From the NCBI GenBank assembly GCA_045863395.1, contig BTVJ01000005.1, positions 128,001-192,000 of the forward strand: 64,000 nt of DNA, written 5' to 3'. The notes below the pieces were generated by a model. The model was not told the DNA's origin. It saw nothing but the letters and a program-made list of their open reading frames with translations, and did no database searches. This document shows positions 40,548 to 49,380 of this stretch, one piece after another (the first letter of the stretch is position 1; each line of letters starts with the position of its first letter). The stretch comes from Myxococcales bacterium. Lineage in GTDB: Bacteria; Myxococcota_A; UBA9042; JABWCM01; BTVJ01. The position numbers and the translations under genes were made by a program.

Positions 40548-41429
40548 ATGGACGAAGCCATCAACGTGCTCACCATCGACGTCGAGGACTGGTTCCACCT
40601 CATCGACGTCCCCGTGCCCGACTTCGGGCCCGCCCGCTGGGCGCGGCTCCCGTCGCGCGTTGCCGACGGGACGCACCGCCTGATGGACCTGCTGCAGGAC
40701 GCGGGCGCTGGGGCCACCTTCTTCGTGCTCGGCTGGGTCGCCGAGCGCCACCCGGCGCTCGTCGCCGAGGTGCGCGCTCGAGGCTTCGAGGTGTGCTCCC
40801 ACGGCTGGGGGCACGAGCCGGTCCCGCGGCTCGGACGCGACGCCTTCGAGGCGGACCTGCAGCGCTCCGTCGAGGCCATCACCGCCGCCTGCGGGGTGCG
40901 CCCAGCGGGCTACCGGGCGGCGGGCTTCTCGATCACGTCGCGCACGCCATGGGCCTTCGAGGTGCTCGTCGCGCACGGCTTCACTCACGACTCGTCCGTG
41001 GCACCTGGCCGCATCGGGCACGAGGGGTGGCCAACACGCCGCCGCGCCCCCTTCACGTTGGTGACCTCCTGCGGGGACCTCGTCGAGTTCCCGCTGGCCT
41101 CCGTGGACTTTTTTGGACGCCCCCTCTCGGTCGGGGGGGGCGGCTACCTGCGCCTGCTCCCCGGGGCGGTCGTTCGCGCTGCCGTCCGGCGCATCAACGG
41201 CCGGGGGGAGCCGGCGACCATCTACGTCCACCCGCGGGACCTGGACACGGGCCAACCGCGCCTCCAGGGGCTCCCCCTCGCGCGGACGCTGCGCTCCTAC
41301 CTGAACATCGGGGGCACGGCCGCGAAGCTCCGCGCGCTGCTCCGGGCCTTCCGCTTCACGAGCATCGCCGGCTTCCTGTCGGACCCGGGGCGGCGTGCGC
41401 ACATCGCCGCCGCGCGGGAGGCTGCGTGA
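40548..41429 (+). CDS. Polysaccharide deacetylase (DUF3473/PEP-CTERM-associated type)
   Basis: TIDVEDWF, ATFFVLG, SHGWGH, GYRA, GGGYLRL, YVHPRDLD. Confidence 0.9.
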   Translation: MDEAINVLTIDVEDWFHLIDVPVPDFGPARWARLPSRVADGTHRLMDLLQDAGAGATFFVLGWVAERHPALVAEVRARGFEVCSHGWGHEPVPRLGRDAFEADLQRSVEAITAACGVRPAGYRAAGFSITSRTPWAFEVLVAHGFTHDSSVAPGRIGHEGWPTRRRAPFTLVTSCGDLVEFPLASVDFFGRPLSVGGGGYLRLLPGAVVRAAVRRINGRGEPATIYVHPRDLDTGQPRLQGLPLARTLRSYLNIGGTAAKLRALLRAFRFTSIAGFLSDPGRRAHIAAAREAA

Positions 41430-42736
41430 GCCGCGCCCTCCTCATCGCAGCGCTGCTGCTCGCCTTGCCCGCGCGCGCGAGCCTGCTCGACACCTACGGC
41501 TTCGGCGCCCGTGGCACGGCCATGGCCAACGCCTCGACCGCGCCGAGCGAGGACTACGAGGCGGTGTTCTACAACCCGGCGAACCTCATCGCCCGCAAGG
41601 AGGTACACTTCGGCTACGGCCTGAACTGGGTCGCGCCCATGCTGACCATCGACCGGCGCCAGACGGACAGCACGTGGGAGTCTGTGGTCCCCGAGGACAA
41701 CCTGGTCGTCCACGCGGGCATCTCCGTGCCCTGGGGCGGCGTCTTCGAGAGGAAGGTGTCCTTCGGGGCGGCCCTGCTCCTGCCGCTCCTGCGCCTGACC
41801 CGCGTCGAGTCCATCGACTGGCACGTGCCCCAGTTCTCACTCTACGAGAACGTGCCCGACAAGCTGGCGCTGTTGCTCGGGGTAGCCTACGAGCCCATCC
41901 CGGAGCTGCGCCTGGGCGTGGGCGTCCAGATCCTCGCCGAGCTGCAGGGCGCCGCCCGGGTCAGCATGAGCTTGCTCGACAACCGGGTGACGAGCCGGGA
42001 CATCCGCCTCGACGTGTTCGGCGCCGCCGCCCCCACGGCGGGCGTCACGGTGCTGCCCGTCCCGGAGCTGCGCATCGCCGCGTCGTACAGGGCGGCTCTG
42101 TCGCTGGACTACGCGCTGCCGGTGCAGGTGGTGGTCGAGGAGATAGGCAACCTGGACATCGTGATCCGCGGCGTGTCGCTCTATACGCCCCACCACCTGA
42201 CCTTGGGAGTGAGCTACCTGACGCCCGTTGCGCTGACGGTGTCCGCGGAGCTCGGCTGGGCCATGTGGAGCCTCGCCCCCTCTCCGGCGGTGGACGTGCA
42301 CGTGACTCTCGACGACTCGGCCCTGGTGCATGGGCAAGCCGGCGGGACCGTGGCCGATCTGATCCGCGTCGACAGCCCCGCCGTGGACATGGGCGCGCGG
42401 GACATCCTGAGCCCGCGCGTCGGCCTGGAGTGGGTGGCCAACGAGCTGGTCACCGTGCGCGGCGGGTACGCCTTTCGCCCGACGCCGCTGCCGGCGCCCG
42501 TCCACCAGACCAACTTCATCGACTCTCCCGCTCACACGACCTCCCTGGGCGCGAGCTTCACCTTCGCGGACCCGCTGGAGCACCACCGGAAGCCACTGAC
42601 CGTGGGCATCGCACTCCAGTGGACCCTCCTCGAGGAGCGCGCCGTCGACAAGCCCGACCCGAACGATCCGGTGGGCGACTACACGGCGGGTGGCTCCATC
42701 TTCAACCTGGGCATCGACTTCAGCCACGACTTCTGA
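41426..42736 (+). CDS. FadL/OmpP1-like outer-membrane transporter
   Basis: Signal peptide then YGFGARGTAMANA..AVFYNPA; RGGY; C-terminal Phe; GTGA overlap with the upstream stop. Confidence 0.8.
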   Translation: MSRALLIAALLLALPARASLLDTYGFGARGTAMANASTAPSEDYEAVFYNPANLIARKEVHFGYGLNWVAPMLTIDRRQTDSTWESVVPEDNLVVHAGISVPWGGVFERKVSFGAALLLPLLRLTRVESIDWHVPQFSLYENVPDKLALLLGVAYEPIPELRLGVGVQILAELQGAARVSMSLLDNRVTSRDIRLDVFGAAAPTAGVTVLPVPELRIAASYRAALSLDYALPVQVVVEEIGNLDIVIRGVSLYTPHHLTLGVSYLTPVALTVSAELGWAMWSLAPSPAVDVHVTLDDSALVHGQAGGTVADLIRVDSPAVDMGARDILSPRVGLEWVANELVTVRGGYAFRPTPLPAPVHQTNFIDSPAHTTSLGASFTFADPLEHHRKPLTVGIALQWTLLEERAVDKPDPNDPVGDYTAGGSIFNLGIDFSHDF

Positions 42737-42827
42737 CGTGGCAGAAACTCCACACTGCGCTCATCCGATGCACACGGGTTGACGGGGCGCTTGGCGCCCC
42801 CACAGCGAATTCGCTGGACATTCCCGC

Positions 42828-42843
42828 TGGCATGCGCATTGCT
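42828..42843 (+). promoter_or_regulatory. sigma54 (-24/-12) promoter
   Basis: TGGCAT-GCGCA-TTGCT, ~60 nt upstream of the Cys-rich gene. Confidence 0.65.
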
Positions 42844-42901
42844 ACCCCGATCTCAGGGCAACGATCTGCGGCACCAGGCGGCCGTGACCAGGAGGATGGA
42901 C

Positions 42902-44362
42902 ATGAAGTGGAACAGGACTCGAAGCACCCTGAACGTGGTCGCCCCGCTGGCGCTGCTCGCTGGCCTCGCCATGATGGTGACCGGCGCCAAGAAGGGCTGC
43001 GTCCCCGTACCCGTCGAGCCGGAGCCCGAGTGCACGGTGGCCGCTGACTGCAACGATCTCGTACCCCCGTACAAGTGCGTCGGCTACTGGAGCTGCGAAG
43101 ACGAGCTCTGCAACTACAAGTGCGGCACACCCGAGCCCACGTGCAACACGGCCAAGGACTGCGAGGGGCTGCCCGCCTACGTCGACTGTGTGGGCGCCTG
43201 GGCGTGCACCGAGGGCATCTGCGATTTCCAGTGTGGCGGTACGGGGCCCACCGGCTGCTATGGCGACCAGGACTGCCCCTCCGGCACCACGTGCAACGCG
43301 GGCACGGTCTGTCAACCGCCACCCGGCTGCAAGCCCGGCATGGCCTGCCCGGCGGTCTGCTACGGCTGGTGTGAGGCCAAGCCCACGACGTGCAAGTCCG
43401 ACAGTGAGTGTGCGCCTGGCCAGATCTGCCAGATCGCGGACTACTGCCCCATGATCTGGTGCGCCCCTGGCACCCCATGCGACCCCTGCCCCACCGAGGG
43501 GACCTGCGTCGACGCTCCAAAGCCGTATGAGTGCAGCAGCGACGCGGACTGCGGGTGGGGCAGCTATTGCCAGTTCGAGGTCTGCGCCTCCTGCTACTGC
43601 CCGCCGGGCGCGTACTGCGACCCCGCGGACTGTGGCTGCTGGGGTCACTGCGCAGAGGTGGAGCAGCCGGTCACCTGCAACACGGACAAGGACTGCCCCG
43701 CCGGCACCACCTGCCAGTGTGGCATGGACCCGACCTGCCCGATGTGCGCGGTGTGCCTGATGCAGTGCATGCCCGACCCGAACCCGCAGGGCTGCTCCTA
43801 TGACTGGGACTGCGGCCCGGGTCAGGTGTGCGAGCTGGAGGTGTGCGCCGGCTGCGCGTGCCCGGACGGCACGATGTGCGAGTGCCCGGAGCCGAGCTGC
43901 TGGGGCACCTGCAAGGACGCCCCACCGGTCCTCGATTGCAGCACGGACAAGGACTGCCCGGCCGGCACCACCTGCCAGTGCGGCCAGATTCCGGGCTGCC
44001 CCAACTGTGACGCCTGCTGGATGCAGTGCCTGCCGGCGCCGACCGTCCAGTGCCTGAGCGACGCGGACTGCGGCAAGGGCCAGGCCTGCGTGCAGGGCCC
44101 CTGCCCCATGGGCCCCTGCACCCCCGACTGGTGCCCCCCCTGCTACGGCACGTGTCAGGACGTCCAGCCGGTCGGCTGCGTCGTCTCCGGCTGCTCGGGC
44201 GAGATCTGCGCCGCGGAGCCCATGGCGTCCGACTGCAAGTGGGACGAGTCATATGAGTGCCTGCAGCTCACGTCCTGCGGCAACTACGCCCCCGACGGGA
44301 GCTGCGGCTGGGCCAAGACCCCCGAGTACCAGAAGTGCATGCAGAAGTACGCCGCCCCGTGA
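42902..44362 (+). CDS. Cys-rich modular lipoprotein with C-terminal eight-cysteine-cluster-like domain
   Basis: SD GGAGG; signal ending GAKKG-C; nine C-x2-D-x-D/E-C-like modules; terminal CVVSGCSGEIC...CGW domain. Confidence 0.8.
   Translation: MKWNRTRSTLNVVAPLALLAGLAMMVTGAKKGCVPVPVEPEPECTVAADCNDLVPPYKCVGYWSCEDELCNYKCGTPEPTCNTAKDCEGLPAYVDCVGAWACTEGICDFQCGGTGPTGCYGDQDCPSGTTCNAGTVCQPPPGCKPGMACPAVCYGWCEAKPTTCKSDSECAPGQICQIADYCPMIWCAPGTPCDPCPTEGTCVDAPKPYECSSDADCGWGSYCQFEVCASCYCPPGAYCDPADCGCWGHCAEVEQPVTCNTDKDCPAGTTCQCGMDPTCPMCAVCLMQCMPDPNPQGCSYDWDCGPGQVCELEVCAGCACPDGTMCECPEPSCWGTCKDAPPVLDCSTDKDCPAGTTCQCGQIPGCPNCDACWMQCLPAPTVQCLSDADCGKGQACVQGPCPMGPCTPDWCPPCYGTCQDVQPVGCVVSGCSGEICAAEPMASDCKWDESYECLQLTSCGNYAPDGSCGWAKTPEYQKCMQKYAAP
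43681..43984 (+). repeat. Internal duplication within the Cys-rich gene (261-bp period)
   Basis: A 43-bp block CACGGACAAGGACTGCCC-GCCGGCACCACCTGCCAGTG-GGC occurs at 43681 and 43942 with 2 mismatches. Confidence 0.85.
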
Positions 44363-44366
44363 CCCC

Positions 44367-45347
44367 TCACTCCGGGGCGAGCACGCTGTGACACCACGCC
44401 GTGCCGCCCCGGCCATCCCGCACCACGATCCACACGTCGACCGGCTCCGTCGGGGTCTCGTCCAACGTCCACTTGATGCGCCCCGCCTGTGACGACTTCA
44501 CGATGTCCGGCGAGATGCTGCCAGCCGTGCTGAAGGTCGAGTAGAACCAGGTCTCCTCCGTGAAGAGGAGCTCGAAGGGGCGCTCGATGCTGGTGCCGCC
44601 CACGATGACCGGATAGGGCTCGCCGGGGTCCGGCATGTTCAGCGCCTGGATGACCCACTCCCCTGCCTCGATGGCGACTGGCGACACGAAGCACTCTCCC
44701 TCGGGAGCAGTACCGGCCTTGGGTGCCTCGCTCTGGTCGTCGGCGCGCCGAAGCGCGAAGGCGATCCCCGTCGGATTCTTGTTGGCGGGGCTCGCGAGGG
44801 AAACGTTGAGCCGCTTGAACGCCTCCAGGGGCTTCGCGCCCGGGACGGTGGCGACCAGCGAGATGGTCGTGTTGACCCCAGCCACGGTGAGCAGGCCGAT
44901 CTGCGCCTCGATGGGGAGGCGCCCGTCCTCGGGCAGGCCGTAGGCGAAGCGGATGGCCTCCTCGGAGAGCGCATCCAGAGGCACCGTGTACGAGACGGTG
45001 GGCCCGGTGCCCAGGCGGACGGACGCCCCCGCCGCGATCAGCTCCGGGTCGGCGCAGGAGCTCTTGGAGTCGAGAGCATACCCGCCTCCGCCGCTCGCGC
45101 TGGACTGCCCTCCCCCCTCGAACAGCCCCTGCCCCCTCTCCGGCACCTGGCAGGCGTACCACTCCAGTTTCACGGGCCGCCCCTCCGGGTCGGCGACCAG
45201 GGCGCGCAGCTCCGTCGTCCCACCCGGAGCGAGCTCCGGCGGCTCGGCCTGCACCCCCAGCACACGCAGCCCGTCGACCTTGCTCGGCTTGGGCAGCTCC
45301 TCCAGGCAGCCGCCCAGCAGGGCGGCCATGATCGCGAGTCGTCTCAT
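44367..45347 (-). CDS. Lipoprotein associated with the TonB-dependent receptor
   Basis: MRRLAIMAALLGG-C; LRVLGVQAEPPE, ETWFYSTFST, VVRDGRGG; starts 2 nt after the receptor stop. Confidence 0.8.
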   Translation of the reverse strand: MRRLAIMAALLGGCLEELPKPSKVDGLRVLGVQAEPPELAPGGTTELRALVADPEGRPVKLEWYACQVPERGQGLFEGGGQSSASGGGGYALDSKSSCADPELIAAGASVRLGTGPTVSYTVPLDALSEEAIRFAYGLPEDGRLPIEAQIGLLTVAGVNTTISLVATVPGAKPLEAFKRLNVSLASPANKNPTGIAFALRRADDQSEAPKAGTAPEGECFVSPVAIEAGEWVIQALNMPDPGEPYPVIVGGTSIERPFELLFTEETWFYSTFSTAGSISPDIVKSSQAGRIKWTLDETPTEPVDVWIVVRDGRGGTAWCHSVLAPE

Positions 45348-45349
45348 GC

Positions 45350-47923
45350 TCAGAACGTCGCCTTCACTCCCAGGGTAGGCAGGATGGGCAGCCCGATGCC
45401 GTCGGTCTTGATGGTGTAGTCGTAGCTGTACCGCCGGCTCTCGGGGTTCATCTGGTTGTACACGTTCTGCACGTCGATGTAGGCGCCGAGCAGCCAGGTG
45501 TCGAAGCGCCACGTCTTGTCCACGCGCAGGTCCAGGCGGTGGAACACCGGCAGGCGCTCCTCCGTGTCGCCGAAGAGCGGCTGGTAGCGGTCGCGGTCCG
45601 CGTCGTAGCGGGCACCAACGACGGGATACGCCGGGTTGCCGGTGGTCAGCGTGAAGCGCGCCCCCAGCGACCAGCCTTCGCCCAGCAGGAAGCTCCACGC
45701 CAGGTTGAGCACGTGGGCCTGGTCGATGCCCGTCGCGCGCCAGTCGTTCGGGGGGATCAGCCGCTCGGAGCGCGACAGGGTGTAGCTCAGCCAGCCGTAG
45801 GCCCAGGAGCCAAGCTGCCGCCGCAGCATGACCTCCAAGCCGAAGGCGCGCCCCTCGACGTCCGCGACGAAGCTGGCGCGCCGCACGTCGCCCTCCTCCA
45901 CCCGATAGGTCTGGTTGGCACGGGCGATGTCCCCGTAGTGGTTGTAGAAGCCCTCGACGGACAGGTCCCAGCCCTCGAAGAACGCCCACTCGGCCCCGAG
46001 GCTGGTCTGGAGCGACGTGACCTGGGGGATGTTCGGGTCGCCGTAGGGCTCCTCCACCTGGAACACGGGCGGAGACTGGTGCGCGAGGGCCACGGCCGCC
46101 TTCAGGGTCCAGTCCGGGTGGAAGCGCCACCGGACGGCGACCTTCGGATCCACGGAGAGGTGCGTCGCCCCCGCGTAGCGCTCCACGTTGAAGCGCACGC
46201 CGGGCAGCAGGTTGACCCCCGGGGCCACCTCGAGGGTGGCGCCGATCCACGGCGCCACGCTCAGCATGGGGCCCGTGAAGCCGAAGGACAGGGTGATCGG
46301 GTCGAACTGGGGCGGTCGAGGATCACCGAGCGGCGGAAACGAGGGCACGGTCAGGTCGGACTCCACGTGGGTCCACAGCAGGTCCACGCCTGTCTGCATC
46401 GCCACGACGTCGGACGCCTCCCAGTCGAACCACGCCTTGGCGTTGAGCCCGTAGGCGATGAGCGAGACCTTGAGGTCCTCGTCGTCCTCCGCGACGCGCT
46501 GCCCCGCCGTGTGGTCCACCTCGAAGGCCACGCTGGTCGAGAACGACGTGGTCCGGTCCAGGTCGACCACCGCGCCGAGCTGAAGCCGATGAAAGCCCAA
46601 GCCCAGGTCCTGCGCCGACTCGCTCCCATCTTGCGAGTCGCCGGCGGCCGCCGAGAACCGATCCTCGGCGCCGAGGGCCATGGCGAGGAGCCGCACCGAC
46701 GGGGTCGCCTGCCAGGTGACGCGGAGCATGTAGTCGGTGTAGCTGAGCTCCACGTCGTCGATGACCAGCGGCAGCACCAGCTCGTAGTAGCTGCGGCGCA
46801 GCGACGCGGTGAGCAGCCCCCTCCCCTCGTCGAAGGGCAGCGTGAACAGGACGGACGCCTTGAGCACGTCCAGCTCCACGTCCAGGTGCCAGCGATCCTC
46901 GGGCGGATCCTTGATGTCGAGGGCGATGACGCCCCCGGCGAAGCGCCCGAACTCCGGTGGGTAGCCTCCGGGGTAGAAGCGGAGGCGCCCGACGGCCTCG
47001 GGGTGGATCACCGCCGGCCCGCCCACCAGGTGGTAGAGGTACAGCGCCGGGTGGCCGTCGATGAAGAAGCCGGTGTTCTCCAGGTTCGCGCCGCGGACCA
47101 CATAGTAGCCGAGGCCGAAGGGCGTGCGCGCGACGCCCGGCAGAGACGCGACCACGCGGGTCGGGTCGCCGAAGGTGCCTGGGGTGCGGGTCAGCTCGGT
47201 CTCCTCCAGCAGGACCTCGGTGGCGGCGGCCTTCTTTCGCTCCCCCTGGATGACGGTGCGGTACTGCTCGCTGCCGTCGGGATCGAGGCGCAAGGGGTCG
47301 ATCTGGAGGGGACCCGTCGCGACGCCAGGCACATCCAGGGCGGTTCGAAGCGGCAGATAGCCCCCCTGCGCCACCTCGAGCTGCACGGTGCCTGCGGGGA
47401 GCCCCTCCAGGGTGAAGGCGCCGTCGTCCCGGGTGAGGGCCTCCCACGTCGTCACCCCGTCGGTCGCCCGCACCAGCGCCCCATACAGCGGGGCCCGGGT
47501 GCCCCGCTCCTGCACCTCGCCGCGCACCCTCGCCCCAGGAACCGCCTCGCTGTCCCGCCGCTCCGCCCGCGCAACGCCGAAGCGCCCCCGCTGCTTCGGC
47601 TGGATGAACGCGTAGCGGAAGGGCACCTTGACGGGCGCCGGCACGCCGTCGACCAGCGCAGGGGAGAACTCCAGGCTCAAGGCGGCCTCTGCGGCGGCCT
47701 CGTCCCAGGGCGAGCCCGCGGGCTCCTTGACCTCCACCTCGGTGACCGCGCCGGCTGCGTCGATGACGAGCCACAGCTCCACGACGGCGTCCCGGGCGGG
47801 CGCGTCCGCCGGCAGGCGCGCCTCGACGAAGCGCGTCATGACGGGAGGTGTGACGACGGGCTCGGCGGCGGCCGTTGCAGCCACCAGCGTCAAAGCCACG
47901 AACAGGGCGCGACAGAGGCGCAC
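45350..47923 (-). CDS. TonB-dependent receptor with N-terminal TonB-C-like and carboxypeptidase-regulatory-like domains
   Basis: Signal; IDAAGAVTEVEV..DEAAAEAA..FSPA..GVP (TonB C); plug PGTFGDP..LPGVA..VVRG; barrel ending RLDLRVDK..DVQNVYN..LGVKATF. Confidence 0.9.
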   Translation of the reverse strand: MRLCRALFVALTLVAATAAAEPVVTPPVMTRFVEARLPADAPARDAVVELWLVIDAAGAVTEVEVKEPAGSPWDEAAAEAALSLEFSPALVDGVPAPVKVPFRYAFIQPKQRGRFGVARAERRDSEAVPGARVRGEVQERGTRAPLYGALVRATDGVTTWEALTRDDGAFTLEGLPAGTVQLEVAQGGYLPLRTALDVPGVATGPLQIDPLRLDPDGSEQYRTVIQGERKKAAATEVLLEETELTRTPGTFGDPTRVVASLPGVARTPFGLGYYVVRGANLENTGFFIDGHPALYLYHLVGGPAVIHPEAVGRLRFYPGGYPPEFGRFAGGVIALDIKDPPEDRWHLDVELDVLKASVLFTLPFDEGRGLLTASLRRSYYELVLPLVIDDVELSYTDYMLRVTWQATPSVRLLAMALGAEDRFSAAAGDSQDGSESAQDLGLGFHRLQLGAVVDLDRTTSFSTSVAFEVDHTAGQRVAEDDEDLKVSLIAYGLNAKAWFDWEASDVVAMQTGVDLLWTHVESDLTVPSFPPLGDPRPPQFDPITLSFGFTGPMLSVAPWIGATLEVAPGVNLLPGVRFNVERYAGATHLSVDPKVAVRWRFHPDWTLKAAVALAHQSPPVFQVEEPYGDPNIPQVTSLQTSLGAEWAFFEGWDLSVEGFYNHYGDIARANQTYRVEEGDVRRASFVADVEGRAFGLEVMLRRQLGSWAYGWLSYTLSRSERLIPPNDWRATGIDQAHVLNLAWSFLLGEGWSLGARFTLTTGNPAYPVVGARYDADRDRYQPLFGDTEERLPVFHRLDLRVDKTWRFDTWLLGAYIDVQNVYNQMNPESRRYSYDYTIKTDGIGLPILPTLGVKATF

Positions 47924-47926
47924 AGG

Positions 47927-49144
47927 TCAGACGTGCTCGAGCAGGTGACCGAGCTTGGCCTTCTTGGTGGCCAGGTAGTGGCGATTGGTGGCGTTGGCCT
48001 CCATCTCGATGGGAACGCGGCCCGCCACCTTGACCCCGAACTGCCCGAGCCCGTCGATCTTGCGCGGGTTGTTGGTGATGACGCACACGCTCTCGACGCC
48101 GAGGTGGGACAGGATCTGCGCCCCCACCACGTACTCCCGCAGGTCCGGCACGAAGCCGAGCTCCAGGTTGGCCTCGACGGTGTCCTTGCCCCGGTCCTGG
48201 ATGCCGTAGGCCTTGAGCTTGTTGACGAGGCCGATGCCGCGGCCCTCCTGGCGGAGGTAGATCAGCGCCCCGACGCCTCGCTCGGCGATGGCGCTCATCG
48301 CCGAGTCGAGCTGCTCGCCGCAGTCGCACCGCAGGGAGTGGAACACGTCCCCCGTCAGGCACTGGGAGTGGATGCGCACGAGGACCTTGGCCTGCCCCTG
48401 GAGGTCCCCCCGGGTCATCACCGGGTGATACCGACCGTCGAGCTTGTTCTGGTACACCCGCAGCACGAAGGGACCATGCTCGGTCTCCACGGGCGCCTCC
48501 TGGACGCATTCCACGAAGATCTCCCGCTCCATGCGCCAGCGCACCAACTCTGAAATGCGCACCACCTGGAGGCCATGCTCCTCGGCGAAGCGCTCCAGCT
48601 CTTGCGGCCCCGCCGCGGCGCCGTCAGCGGTGAGCACCTGGCACAGCGCCGCGACGGGGCGGCAGCCAGCGTAGCGCGCCAGGTCAACGGCGGCCTCCGC
48701 GTCGCCGGGCCGCGCGAGGGACCCGCCCTTCCAGGAGCGCATGGGGAACACGTGCCCCGGGCTCACCAGGTCGTCGGGGCCGGCGTCGTCGTCGGCCAGG
48801 ACCTCGATGGTCCGCGCACGGTCCGCCGCGGAGATGCCCGTGGACACCCCCTCCCGCGCCTCCACGGACACCGTGTACCAGGCCCGGCGCGACGCGCTGT
48901 TGCGCCGCGGCATCAGCGCGAGACCGAACCGCTCCACCCGCTCGGGCGTCATGGCGACGCAGACGAGCCCCCGCGCGTGGGTGGCCATGAAGTTCACGAT
49001 GTCGGGGGTCACGTGCTCTGCCGCGACGACCAGGTCGCCCTCGATGGACGCGCCCTGCTCGCGGCGCTCCCCGTGATCGTCGATGAGGACGACCAGCTCG
49101 CCGCGCCCGATGGCCTGAAGGCCCGCCTCGATGGAGTTGCTCAT
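47927..49144 (-). CDS. ribBA: GTP cyclohydrolase II with N-terminal DHBP synthase-like domain
   Basis: EGDL, NFM..GLVC, PGHVFP; RIHSQCLTGD, RCDCGEQL, QEGRGIG, TNNPRK. Confidence 0.93.
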   Translation of the reverse strand: MSNSIEAGLQAIGRGELVVLIDDHGERREQGASIEGDLVVAAEHVTPDIVNFMATHARGLVCVAMTPERVERFGLALMPRRNSASRRAWYTVSVEAREGVSTGISAADRARTIEVLADDDAGPDDLVSPGHVFPMRSWKGGSLARPGDAEAAVDLARYAGCRPVAALCQVLTADGAAAGPQELERFAEEHGLQVVRISELVRWRMEREIFVECVQEAPVETEHGPFVLRVYQNKLDGRYHPVMTRGDLQGQAKVLVRIHSQCLTGDVFHSLRCDCGEQLDSAMSAIAERGVGALIYLRQEGRGIGLVNKLKAYGIQDRGKDTVEANLELGFVPDLREYVVGAQILSHLGVESVCVITNNPRKIDGLGQFGVKVAGRVPIEMEANATNRHYLATKKAKLGHLLEHV

Positions 49145-49377
49145 AGGACCGTCCAGATGACGACGGCAAGGATCGCCAGCGCACCCACAGGCACCCACAC
49201 CCGCTGCCGGGGGTCGGGGTCCATGCGCCGGAGCAGCCTGTCCGTCTCGTCTCGCACCTCGTCGCCCGGTGGCAGGAGCCGCAGGGGCGCGAGCAGCGCG
49301 CGCGCACAGTGGTAGTCGCCCGCGTCGAAGGCGTCAAGGGCGGCGATGAACCGGTCCTCTTCGTCCTCGGACGCCAC
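49141..49377 (-). CDS. Small hypothetical membrane protein
   Basis: Fills the rel-ribBA gap tightly; AFDAGDY..AR helix; C-terminal TM. Confidence 0.6.
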   Translation of the reverse strand: MASEDEEDRFIAALDAFDAGDYHCARALLAPLRLLPPGDEVRDETDRLLRRMDPDPRQRVWVPVGALAILAVVIWTVL

Positions 49378-49380
49378 GGC

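Noticed and set aside
45539..48553. Very long antisense or alternate-frame ORFs (e.g. 45539-48553 +, 22538-24976 +, 49309-51729 +, 51509-54139 +, 59803-62205 -)
   Set aside because: They are shadows of real genes, expected from GC3-biased codons with few off-frame stops; the translations have no motifs.
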